NCBI RefSeq assembly: GCF_964355755.1
Contig: NC_092670.1
Span: forward strand, 17,222,795 to 17,286,794
Source: Antedon mediterranea
Taxonomy: Eukaryota; Animalia; Echinodermata
Direction: 5' to 3'
DNA: 64,000 bases
Position numbers and translations under genes: made by a program. This document shows, one piece after another, positions 40,226 to 52,659 of the stretch (positions within the stretch are counted from its first letter, which is position 1; each line of letters starts with the position of its first letter). Under the pieces are notes generated by a model. It was not told the origin of the DNA and made no database searches. It saw only the letters and a list, made by a program, of their open reading frames with translations.

Positions 40226-43200
40226 TTTAAGCGTTTAGGCCTATATGAATAAAACAACGTCTCGTTCACAGCATCGGCTGGCAATGTGTAAGGTGAGCCG
40301 ATCATGCGCTACTACAATAAATGAAAATTCAAACATTGCCCCTATGTAATCTGATAATAACCTACTTTTAGATAACATGGTATATGGCCTACTATAATAT
40401 ATTACACGGTTAGTGTGGAGATTCAAAATGTAAACTTTAAAAGTTCAAATCAAGCGATTATTAATTATAATACTTATTATATACTTATTAAATAATTGAA
40501 AAAAAATGAAATACATTTTCCGGGCCCTAAATCTGCTTTTTGAATCAGCGTGTTTTTTAACATATTATTTGCAAAAGCCAGGTTCACTACTTATCAATAG
40601 CAAACAAACTAAATCAACGAAGATTGATTAATCTATAGTAAGTGTGAAATCTAGCTAGATCCCAATAAGCATCATGATGATCTTATTATATTGTTTAGTA
40701 CTACGTCTCTAATATTATATCATGACACTAGGCCTACAGTCACAGGATTGAGTTGGGTTTGGTTTCCGAGTGCATTTTCTGCATTTTCAATGTGAAGTTG
40801 TATTATAAATATTACCGAGTCAGTAATTCAGTTTTTGTTGTCTTTTGTGGTTAACCACCACCTTTATTCATTCAACCTTTCATACATATTTCATTCACAT
40901 TTCATTTTCGTACAATAAATTACCGTTTTCTACTTTTTTCGTTATTTTCTGATTTTTACACTTTTTACCTTATACCTAGTGTTTTAATTTAAATGCATAC
41001 AAATAACCATACAAATCTACACTTCATAGTTGTTGAAAGTTTATAGTAAATTCCAAGCCCACCAAAAAAAAAACTAGTATGATAATAATACTGTACTATA
41101 TAAACACGAACATATTTTGAATATAAAAAGTATACCGTTATAGGCCTACTGCGCCTAAATATAGCACAATCCGATCATTTCAGACAAAGGTGATTATATA
41201 ATTATGCACGTGATCGCCTTTTGTTATATTATGACGTCATTTTGCTTAATAAAGTTATTCAGTTAGTTATTCTCCTCAGAATAAAAATACATACGGTAGA
41301 ACTCCTATTAAGGGGACACGGGACACGGGACACGGGACCCCCCCCCCCCCCCAAAATGGGTTCATACCGAAAAATGTTCCATGAATAGGAGTGTCCCAAA
41401 AGAAATGGTTCTACTGTAATAACGTTTACATTTGACCAGGTACACAGTATGACTCGTGTTTGTTGATCCAACTTTTGGTCAAAGTGACTTTGATATTAAA
41501 AAATTGTCTAGGTATTCAACACTTTTAGAGATAACATTCTTCCTCGTATTTGTCTTTTTGCTTCTTCCGTTTTGTGTATGGAATTAACCTAGGATAAAGC
41601 AATATTATACCAATTCCCATAGTACTTATTATGATACAACTTGAGCCAAATGCCCACTGAACGCCGTATTTGAAATATGCAAATCCACCAAAAAAAGATC
41701 CTATCAGCCTGCCAATATTCCCCATAGCACTAAACACACCCATACAAATACCCTGTGAAGAAAAAACACAAGTACTGTAATTTTTATACAGTAGAGGCTA
41801 ATAGTAATACATTATAATATTATACATATAGCGCTAAATACACCCATACAAAGACCCTGTGAACAAAAAACAAAAATAATGTAATGTTTATACAATAGAG
41901 GCCTTATACATTATACATATTCATTTTCATCCGCACACAAACTTCCAGTATTAATTTTTTATATATATCCTATGTTTGACTCGCTCAACCAACTTTTACA
42001 TATCAATAATGAGCAGCTGTTTACCATGATCAAACATTATGTTTACTTTTTACATATTTAATCCTCAGTCTATTATAACTTTCCATAATAAATTTGTATT
42101 AGTTTTAGTGTCATTTGCTATAGACATAGGCCCAATTTATATTGTTTATATTTCATCGCATGTTCCCCTTATAAATGATAACATGTATAGGCTAGAGAAG
42201 GTTGTGATGATTATTTATTTGTATCCCTGGACACCGCCGAAGTTCATTCATTCTGATTTTAGTTTAAAATACCTGATGTTTAGGTTGTAAGGTCTTGGCA
42301 TAAATAAAGAATGCTGTACTTTGTAACATTGGGTACCCAAAACCTCGAATGCTCAAAGCTGTCACGTATTGAGCTACTGACATTGCGGGAGTTGAATCAC
42401 ACCAGGAGTACTTCCATGGGCATCCTCCCTCACCTATTAGCAGACGTTTCATTAACATCTAAAATAAATACAGTATCAAGGACCGTCATTAATATTTATA
42501 TATATAGTTTGGTAACAGGGGGTTTCTCCCTTTCCATTCTTATGTTTTGTACTATGATTATTTATGTATGTTTATGATTATGTGAATGGATATAAAAAGA
42601 AAGAAATTGAAGAAAATGGATGACGCGCGGCGGCGTACAAAGCGGTATCAACGTGTCACAATCCTATCTCTTGTGTCACTGACTGACTGGCCTAGCGATA
42701 TACCAACGTCGCGTGACCAACCGAATGACGTAATTAATATTTGAATAAACAGCAATATTAGTTTACTATCATGCAATATTAATAGTAAATGTTTTTATTG
42801 ATTTACTTAGAGAGTATAATAACTACATTTGATAGACAATGATGTCAACATAAGTCGACAAACAAACCTATAGTGGGTCTTTCAGGTGATTCCGAACCAA
42901 ACGGGATAAGCAGAATCGAGCTTATTATAGGCCTAGTTAAAACCATTCCAATTGATAACAAAACACGCTCATCAATTCTAAAAGCAAAGTAAAAAAACTA
43001 TAATGTGAATACAGTTGTCATAAGTAAATAATTAATAATGATAAGAAGTAAAAATAGCTAAACAATTATTAAATCTAATCTGGCTTTTAGTAGGCCTATA
43101 TAATATCACTATTACTGGATTCGTTATCGTCGCGTTTATTTTTATGCTTACAGTTTTGACATTTTCCCCAATATAATCACAACAAAAATGCCGCAGCCAG

Positions 43201-45057
43201 CTAATGCAAACATTATCATGCCAACATTACGTGTTGCTAATTGTCGACTCCATCCAAGTATGTGCATTCCATACGGTGCTGCCACTCTAAAATATAAATA
43301 CTTATATATAAATTGTTTGTTTTTTGTATGATTCAATAATTTTTCATATATTCAACAAAAATATACAGATATTTATATACATAAGACATAATAACAATGT
43401 GTGAAAGAAGATAAAAATAACTAAATACATTACGCATTGACCACCTAAGCAGTTGTCGACATGACAAGTAAACTAAATTTAAAAAACTCAGTGTGAATGA
43501 TTAAAATTCGATTCATTATTGACACAATTCTTGTACTCATTAATACGCATAAGTTTTTCATAATCGATCATTTTCACCTACGTGCCCATTATCGACCACC
43601 ACCACTTCCTCGTTGTCAGGTTCAGATCCAGTGCCGTGTTCACCATTCAAACTTTAAATTCTAAGGTTTTTCCTTAGGCCTAAATCATCAATAAATAATA
43701 TTTAAGGACCGCCTTTAAATCAACATTTAAGGATATTTGGTTAATTGGTTAATTTCCAAAAGGAAATCATAATTGTATAAAGTTTCAAAAAGACCCAGTT
43801 CCAGAAGAACAAAACGCCGAGGCATTCTTTATCTCTACTTTTCGTTTTTGAACACATCGATTACCGCAAACCTGCAGGCCTACTAATTTATTTTACTCAC
43901 GTTGATTTTACTCCAAAGGTAAAGACGGTGGCGGCGAAAAGAAGATTCAGAAACACGGTAACAACTATATCAAGACCAGAAAACCACGAAACCTTCTCAA
44001 CTGATGACTCTTCTACTGTTGATGAATCTTCTACTGATGGCGAAAAACAAGTACATGTCACAACAAAAACGTTCATGTGGATATTTCTATTTAAAAATTA
44101 TAACTGTAGGTCTCAACTTCATAGTCATAAGGATGAGCAATAAAATGTCGAAAAGTTTAATCTTTACCTTGTTTTAAGCGAGTTATTTTACTTGTAGTGA
44201 TGTCATCAACATGTACTTCTTTGAACAAAAATAAGATACACATCAGCCTTAGGCTGACCAAGAGTACGTTGGTGACTGCAGGCAAAGTGTAAACGTTTAA
44301 GCTCATGGTTGAAATTGTAAAACCTTCCTCTCCAATTGGAACATAGGCCATTTGTAAAGCTATCAACAAAACAATACAAGAAATTCAAGTTGTTTATTAC
44401 GTTTTTAAAAATGAATGATATTCGCATTATTCAATTACAGCGTTAATCTCAGTGTCAGTATTGATGATACAGATTTTTAATTGTAAGGTGGTCAAACTAG
44501 TTGAATACGAAAAAAAGGTTGAAATGTCACCTGGTCCTACTGTATAGCCAAGCATTTGGGCAGCAACAAAATGAGAAGTTGCCGTAGTTCTCTCAAGTAT
44601 GGTGGTGCCAACAGATAAGTATACTCGAGCAATCGCTAAGCAACCTATTATAGTTTGAGAACAATAGTGTAACATTAGTAAAGAAGTCGTTACACATTGC
44701 ACACAATGTATTAAAGGACATATAGAATATTAAATCTTTGTATACCTCCAGAAATTCCAGCTAAGGCTCTTGATATGTAGACTAAAGTAATTTGTTGAGA
44801 CTCTATATGATATGGAATCACATAAACTATATTGGAACCAAGAGCAGCAATACTAGTTATTATTAGCGGAATTTTACAGCCAATTCTACTGCTGACACTA
44901 CCACAAGTAATACATGACACTAATGCTAACAACCCCTGCATTCCCGTTAGTTGCCCCATTACGGTCGTCTCAACATCATCATCCATCTGAAATTGAAAAT
45001 AAGTAGGCCAAGCTGATTACAAAATGTTCATCTGGTTTTGGATATTCATAAATTAAT

Positions 45058-45195
45058 AGTTCTTTTCGAAAAAAACAAGAAACTACCTGTTTGACAATTT
45101 CGCTGTCTTTTCTTCTGAAAAAGCTGTCCGAGCAGGACAGCGAAACTGTCAAGCATTTTACAGTTTCGCTAATTTTTTTTTCTCGAAAAGAATTG
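45058..45195. mobile_element. Hairpin MITE-like insertion present in copy B but not copy A
   Basis: TTCTTTTCGAAAAAAA...TGACAATTTCGCTGTC / GACAGCGAAACTGTCA...TTTTTTCTCGAAAAGAA; absent from the matching intron near 39550. Confidence 0.65.
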
Positions 45196-45554
45196 CAAAT
45201 TCAAGTAGAGTTAATATTAAAGTAAAATAAAGATGTAATTGAAAGCGACTGTGTGCTATAAAATATACAAGATATTCGGTTTTGTTTTTATAGAAATTAT
45301 CAATGGATTAAATGTATGCATTTTTATACTGTGGTACAACAATAAAAACTGAACATTAGGTTCATGGTGATACCGTTGCTATGGCTTTCATTTTATCATT
45401 TATACGTCGGCTTATTAAAAGTATAATACCGTATTCATACACTTTCTATTGTCTTTGCTCTTTTACAATGCTATACGAAAAACCTAATACACATATTTAT
45501 TGTACAATAATATAAGATAATAATTATAATAAATTGTTTAACGTCTACCAAAAT

Positions 45555-45844
45555 CGACACCATGGGCTATTTAAACGACACCATGGGCTATTTAAACGAC
45601 ACCATGGGCTATTTAAACGACACCATGGGCTATTTAAACGACACCATGGGCTATTTAAACGACACCATGGGCTATTTAAACGACACCATGGGCTATTTAA
45701 ACGACACCATGGGCTATTTAAACGACACCATGGGCTATTTAAACGACACCATGGGCTATTTAAACGACACCATGGGCTATTTAAACGACACCATGGGCTA
45801 TTTAAACGACACCATGGGCTATTTAAACGACACCATGGGCTATT
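45555..45844. repeat. 21-bp perfect minisatellite (CGACACCATGGGCTATTTAAA), ~13.8 copies
   Basis: Directly visible perfect tandem array; the ORFs over it are repeat by-products. Confidence 0.97.
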
Positions 45845-46945
45845 CCGATGGCAAGTAAGCGAAATGTATAGAACTTTATTATAATATTTTAATCATAATA
45901 TTTTTTTATTGTCATAAAAATATATAATAGCATGACTTACATATTTCAAATACGAACACATTGAAGTTAGAATAATCGAGTTGGCAAAAGCCTCGCAAAA
46001 GGCAACAATATACATGGTGCGTATGGAGTGCCATCGTCGTTTAAGTTTAGTCGAGCTTCTGAAAAGATGAAAATATTAAATGTTTATTTGTTTCTTTAAT
46101 TATTTCGTATTTACTTTTATGATAAATGTATTACCTAGTGTATTGGAGTTCGAATCAAGCATATTAAGCGTTTATATGAATAAAATAACGTGATCTCGTT
46201 TCACAGGAATGAGTGGCAATGTGTAAGGTAAGCCGATCATGCGCTACTACAATAAATGGAAATTTAAACATTGCCCCTATGTAATCTGATAATAACCTAC
46301 TTTTAGATAATATAGTATATGGCCTACTATAATATATTACACGGTTATAGTGTTGAGATTCAAAATGTAAACGTTAATTAGTTCAAATAAAGCGATTAAA
46401 TCATAACAAAATAAAATACATTTTCCGGGCCCTACATCTGCTTTTTGAATCAGCGTGTTTTTTACTGTAGACATATTATCTGCGAAAGCGAGGTTCACTA
46501 CTTATCAATAGCAAATAAACTAAACCAACGAAGATTTATTAATCTATAGTAAGTGTGAAATCTAGCTAGATCCCAATAAGCATCATGATAGGGTGCGGTG
46601 ATTGCAGTATTATTGTATGTTGTTAAATACCAGCCCTGTTTAGTACTATACCTTATTAATATTATATCGTGACAGTCACACGATTGACTTGGGTTTAGTT
46701 TCCGAGTGCATTTTCAACTTTCTTGCTTTTCTGCATGCTCAATGTGAAGTGGTATAAATATAACCACGTTAGTAATTCATAGTTTATAGTAAATTCTAAG
46801 CCCCCCCCCCCCCCACCTAAAAAAAACTTAGTATGATAATAATACTATATAAACACGGACATATTTTGAATAGAAAAGGTATACCGTTATTCTGCGCCTA
46901 AATATAGCACAATCCGATCATTTCCGACAAAGGAGATTATATAAT

Positions 46946-46979
46946 TCACGTGATCGACTTTTGTTATATTATGACGTCA
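46946..46979. promoter_or_regulatory. Candidate CLEAR-like E-box (TCACGTGA) plus CRE (TGACGTCA) in the divergent MFSD8 B/C intergenic region; duplicated at 41207-41239
   Basis: TCACGTGA at 46946-46953 and TGACGTCA at 46972-46979, ~120-155 nt upstream of the copy C ATG. Confidence 0.45.
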
Positions 46980-47100
46980 TTTTGCTTTGTTAACTAATGC
47001 ACCGTTACTGCAATCTTGTGACCGCTTGACATTTTGTTTGATCTAGGCCTACCAGGGCTCTCTCGGGTCTATTTTCAGTTTGAAGCAGACAGATGCCCCA

Positions 47101-50100
47101 ATGGAATTTGGTAAGAAAACTATTATATAATAAATTATTATGCTTCATATCGTATTATGAACTTTTTGGAAAAGTATGTTGGGAAGGGATTCATAAATCA
47201 TTGAAAATGGAATGATTCAATAGAATCACACCAAAGTAAAATTAACCTTGTGGGAAATTATATAATGTATTGATTATAATAGACAGCAAATACATAGACC
47301 AGCAGGAGACTACCCGGTTGTTGGACGAAGAAAAGGAAACCAGCTATGGTGGAAACGGAACTTCTTATGACGTCATATCAAAGTAAGCTGGAAGATAGTG
47401 CCAAGAATGGTCAGAATGATGAGAATAATACTGAGGAGGGTTACGAGACTGAGGAAGATTAGGAGATACAGAAAGATGAGATGTGATTACTAGGAGACTG
47501 ATAATAGATAATGACTCGATACTGTAGTGATGAGAGAGAAGAGAGAGAGAGAGGATGAGAATAAGACTGAGGAGGGTTAATAGACTGAGGAATTGAGGAA
47601 GGTTAGGAGATTCAGAAAGATGAGATGCGATTACTAGGAGACTGATAATAGAGAATGACTCGAGACTGTAGTGATGAGAGAAAAGGGAGAGAGAGAGGAT
47701 GAGAATAAGACTGAAGAGGGTTAAGAAACTGAGGAATTGAGGAAGGTTAGGAGATTCAGAAAGATGAGATGCGATTACTAAGAGACTGATAATAGAGAAT
47801 GACTCGAGACTGTAGTGATGAGAGAAAAGGGAGAGAGAGTGGATGAGAATAAGACTGATGAGGGTTAAGAGACTGAGGAATTGAGGAAGGTTAGGAGATT
47901 CAGAAAGATGAGATACGATGACGAGGGTACCAAGAATAAAGGATGAGATTAGTGGGGAGAGAGAGGATAAGACTGTGAACAAGACTTAGGAAGAGGAGGA
48001 TGAAACCAATGACGACACTAAGGATGAATATGATTACGATGCAATGGAAAGTCGTCTGTGATGCGAGGATGAGACATATGGTGACATATCGTAATTTTAT
48101 ACAAAGTTCAACATTATACATTATCAAAATTAATATTTTATTCTTCTTCTTTTGTTTATTTGGAATTCAAGGAAAAATGCTCTCGATAGATCATCAGAGA
48201 GTGCAAGGTGGAAGTCGATACGTGTAATGTACTTGACAATCTTTACTGAAGCAGTAACATACTCAGTCATCTTGCCTTCCATCTGGTCTTATATACTTGA
48301 TGTAAGTTTTAACATTAAAGATGTACTGTCCCCAAAAACATGAAAAATGAAGATTAATTCAATCAGACTTTAATAGGTTATTTTGTAGTTTTGATATTGT
48401 TGATCACTTCTGTAAAAAAAATAATGTTTACACTTATAAAATAAAATGGTCAAATTCAACCAAATACCCATTGACTGGCCGCAAATTTGACTATTTTTTC
48501 TTTAATTTACAGTTTTTTTCAGGTAAATACCCTTTTAGATCCAATTTTTGGTCAATGTGGATAAATATTATGTGCCAATAACATGGCATATTAAAAAAAA
48601 AATGTTTAAAGAATTATTTTTCCAGGGAGATTTACATCTTTAAATATAAAAAATAAGAACGTTTATTGAATTGTCAACATCGTTTAGTTTACTGATGGCG
48701 GTGTTATGGTAATCAAAAACTCAAAAGCCAATGAAAGGCCTATCATTATATTGTTTAGATTGACGAGACTGCTACTGCAACATTGCTAGGATGGGCCAAC
48801 TCTACTCAGGGTCTATTTGCTCTCTTAGCTGGATTCATTTGTGGATGGACAGCAGGCAGATATAATTGTAAGGTGCCGGTAACGGTAACATTAATCGTAG
48901 GACTGATGGCTAACATTTTGTATATGTGCGTATACATTCCAGAATCCCATCAAATTACAGCGTTGATAGCGGCTCGAGCGTTAGCTGGGATACAGGCAGG
49001 TAAGTACAACTTGACTCAAGTCTTGACAAAATACTAATTCCATGGACAGGAACGATAAGTTTCAATACAAAGCTTAAATTAAATAAGCACATTTTGAGAT
49101 TTTTTTTCTTCTATTTTAAAGGTTGTATAACTGTCACCAGAGTTTACATCAGTGAAGGAACCACACTGAAGGAGCGAACGCAAATATCATCAAATCTCGT
49201 CATTGCACAACTAATTGGATACACAGTTGGACCTCGTAATTATAACTTATACATTCGTTTTATTATGCCATACGATATATCTTTAACCGTCATCATTTTC
49301 TCAGACTTCCCAACTTGGAAAAATATAGGGAAATTTTATGAAACTATAGAGGGCGCTATAATATTATATACACCCATAGAGGGCGCTGTAAACACCTAAA
49401 AATATCGTCATCTATAATGGGTACCGAAGGCGAAAACAGCAACTCATTATTTCACTTATAAAAACAACGCATGAATGGATTATAAACATTATATCGACCG
49501 ATATCATTATGTTTTCTATTCTCGTATCAATATCTAGAGTAGTAGAAATTATAAATGTATACATATCGGGAGGCTCGCGTATTGCAAGATTTTTTTCATT
49601 TAATTTATTTGTTTCACTTTACAAATATATATATATATTTTTAACCATATTTAATGAGGTGATCCATCCAGCTATTGCTAATCATTATGGACCCTCAGAG
49701 GTTCACAAAGCAAACATATACACAAGATGCTCTACATAAACAAAGTCTTATTAGAAGTCTTTGGGAGTGGAGAATTTGGTCCTTAGAAAAAATCCTGACA
49801 TGTGACGGGACTTGAACCCTTTATATAAATATAAAGTGGAGGAGCCTAAAAGAAAGCAAAGCTTGGTGAATAGGCTCCTCCTCAAAACAAAGATTAACAT
49901 GATGTAGGTTGTGGCACCACGGTCCACCTTCCAAATGTAATTCAATCTTTTCAGTTTTACAGGTAGCCTACGTTCCTATTGGTGAAACTGGTTGGACTGT
50001 GGGCAAGCTGAAAATTAATGTTTACACATTTCCAGCAATAACAAACTTGTTTATAATCTTCATAAATTTAATTTTTGTTATATTTGTATTTCGCGAAATT

Positions 50101-52199
50101 CGAGTTCCCGATGAACCAGATCAGCACGCCAGCAAGCCAGATACCGATTGTTGTACTGGTAAGTAAAAAAATATGTTTAAAGCTCTGTCTACACTTTCAA
50201 ATATAGTGTGATATGCCCAAATAAGGTAGTGATATGCCCAAATACGGTAGTGATATGACATTCATGTTCTATGGGCTTATCACAGACATTTAGAGATTTA
50301 CGTCGTTTATGAAAAAACCGTCGTACAGTGTGAATTTTTCAGATAGATAACATTCCCGATCTGCTCAAACTTTCCTAAATGTCTCCAATAAAGCTTTTTG
50401 GGGAAGGGGGAGGGGGGGGGGGGCAAACTGCGATTTTGGTGTATGTCAAGTCACTAAATGTTGTTATCTCGGCAATCTGCAGGATTATTAAATATATTAG
50501 TAAATTATTACAAAGATTATTTTATTCTCTATTCACGGTCAAGTTTGTATGATTTAACTTCTGAAAACGGGTAGACACTGCAACATTTTCTTTAACTATT
50601 CAAACAGGAGATCCTAACAAACCATTTGGTCTTCATGAACTTAACAATTATCATCATGGTCTCATCATTCTTCATTCATTCATTCAAATGCGGGTAACCG
50701 TAAAAAGAGGAAGACACTTCTATTTTTAATTTAATTTTAGAATATCAAATTGTTGGAAGTGAAGGAATGGTGCATATTGACATATCTTCAATAGATCTTC
50801 CGCTTGTTATGTTTTTAAATGCCGTTTATTGCGTTACTATTTTTAGTTTTGGATATAATACAACGTAAGTATGAAAACAACACCGTACACTTTTTAAACA
50901 ATACAAATATTAGTCTGTTGTAGATATACCGTTTCACTCGAATTATTAAGGCTAATTAAACAATTAAGTGTTTTGGGGGGTTACTCTATTTAGGATTGTC
51001 TCTCCTTATGGAATGCATCTGCTTGGATGGTCACGTGAAGAAGCTGTAGAGAAGAGTGGAATTATCGCATTATCATTGGCCATTCTCTCAATATTTGTTA
51101 TAGCAGCGATGGGGCGTCTTTTAGAAAGGTATGATTATTAATACTAGGCATTTTATTGCTATCAGTATCCGCACAGTCACACAAATGCTAAAACGTTTAG
51201 GCCTATTCTTTTTTCCAGATTTAAAGACCGTGTTTTTCTCGCGATCGGTATTATAATGATGATAATGTGTACAACGTTGGCTATTCCGATGGGTCCTGGC
51301 GTACCTCCTCGTCCAGGTAAGTGTAGTTTACAATTCTAAATACAAAATGTATTGTGGATGCGGGATTGGATGCCAAAGTGGACGATTAACGATTACCAGT
51401 ATGAAAGAAGAACGCACACAAAATGTTCTCAAGAGTAGTGGTGTATAAGGACACAATTTTAATTTTAAAATACTTCATTAAGACTTTTTATTTTCAGATA
51501 TAAATATGACAACCAATAGTTCAGACGATGGTCAAGGCGGCTGTCCCTGGACGTACTCCTGGTGTGATACAACTCCTAGTATAGCCGTAGCACAGTATAT
51601 TGTCTCCTTAAGTGTTCTAGGTTTTGGATATCCTATACTTCAAGCAATCACGTATATTATATATTGTAAAACACTTGGACCAAACCAACAGGTAAACTTA
51701 ATGTTAGTTAATTTAATTTAAACCGTCCGTTTGTATTTGTTCAAGATTAGTTATTTGGGGTAAGTTGGTTTTTATGGCCACACTTATCGCTAACTTTTAG
51801 TGCAGGTAGGTAGGCGTGTGATCAAAGCCACGTGTGCACAGACAGCGAACTTTTGACGCGTGGTGTGTCGTTCCCGATTTGTCGGTGTTGTAGCGGTATT
51901 TTTCAACGTCGTATTTCCACATACAATAGCAAGAACCGCCCTCGAAAATAACAATTTTGCACACTTGACTTGAGTATTTTATATTTTTTTAGGGACTGTT
52001 TCTAGGTATCTTTGGAGCCATGGGTAACACAGGCAGAGTTGTGGGGCCATTATTGGGCACATTCATCTACACTGAATTCGGAGTTCAATGGGCAGAAGGG
52101 TGTTTACTTGCGCTACTTACCATAGTTGCAACTGGAGTATTTCCATTTTACAAAAGAATGGTGCCATATACGGTTTATCAAAAGAAATGTATTAGCTGA
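47101..52199 (+). CDS. MFSD8: MFSD8/CLN7-like lysosomal MFS transporter, copy C, intact, 11 exons, ~518 aa
   Basis: Exons 47101-47110, 47283-47382, 48172-48301, 48759-48999, 49122-49235, 49955-50158, 50741-50864, 50994-51128, 51219-51316, 51498-51691, 51993-52199 (1557 nt, phases consistent). N-terminal ETTRLL dileucine motif; RWKSIRVMYLTIF, PSIWSYI, TTLKERT, INVYTFPA, GCPWTYSWC, LGPNQQG, GRVVGP, YKRMVP. May be a divergent paralogue rather than the 1:1 orthologue. Confidence 0.85.
47420..47915. repeat. 144-bp purine-rich tandem repeat, ~3.5 copies, in intron 2 of copy C
   Basis: GATGAGAATAAGACTG at 47554, 47698 and 47842; strong G/A bias on the plus strand. Confidence 0.9.
48315..48643. mobile_element. 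TTAA-flanked MITE (Kolobok-like termini), copy 2
   Basis: TTAA-AGATGTACTGTCCCC ... GGGAGATTTACATCT-TTAA. Confidence 0.8.
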
Positions 52200-52659
52200 C
52201 AAAGCGCTGCTTTTAAATGATTTGACTAAGCATAATCAATTATTCTAGGCCTATGTGTTATTTCTCAAAAGAAAATATTGTTCCTACTGTATAGGCCTCC
52301 ATTAAAATTATTGTTAGAAAAAGGCTAAATAATTTTATAGAAAAAAGGCAGATATCAATGCATTATATAAACTGTATAGTATTTTTAAAATGCTAATTGT
52401 GCAATAAAAATTATTTCATACGTTCCACCGTAAGGTTAGTAAAAAATTATATGCATGCAGTGTGCCTACAGTATTGTAATTGATTTCTTTGTGATTATAT
52501 TTGAAATGAAACAACGAGCTGTATCGGCGGTAAACATCAATGAAACAATCAACATTTGAATTTAAGGGGGATGGAGTGTACGGATAGAACGAGGAAGTTG
52601 GTTCAAGATCTCTGGTGCCTGAGCAAGAATCAGGTTTGCCTGAAAATATAACTAAAATC

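Larger units (their letters stand above)
41525..46162 (-). pseudogene. MFSD8-like copy B, tandem duplicate of copy A, probable pseudogene
   Basis: Same exon layout as copy A, but exon 1 (46135-46162) is 1 nt shorter; exon 42273-42458 is 2 nt shorter, giving TGA at 42430-42432; exon 42868-42977 has a 6-nt insertion putting Arg-Pro into a TM helix. Sequencing indels cannot be excluded. Confidence 0.7.

Noticed and set aside
45534-45884. ORFs (RHHGLFK)n and (MGYLNDT)n
   Set aside because: Translations of an intronic 21-bp minisatellite that is absent from the paralogous intron.
47365-47982. 205-aa Ser/Leu-rich minus-strand ORF
   Set aside because: Antisense reading of the 144-bp purine-rich intronic repeat; low complexity with no domain signal.
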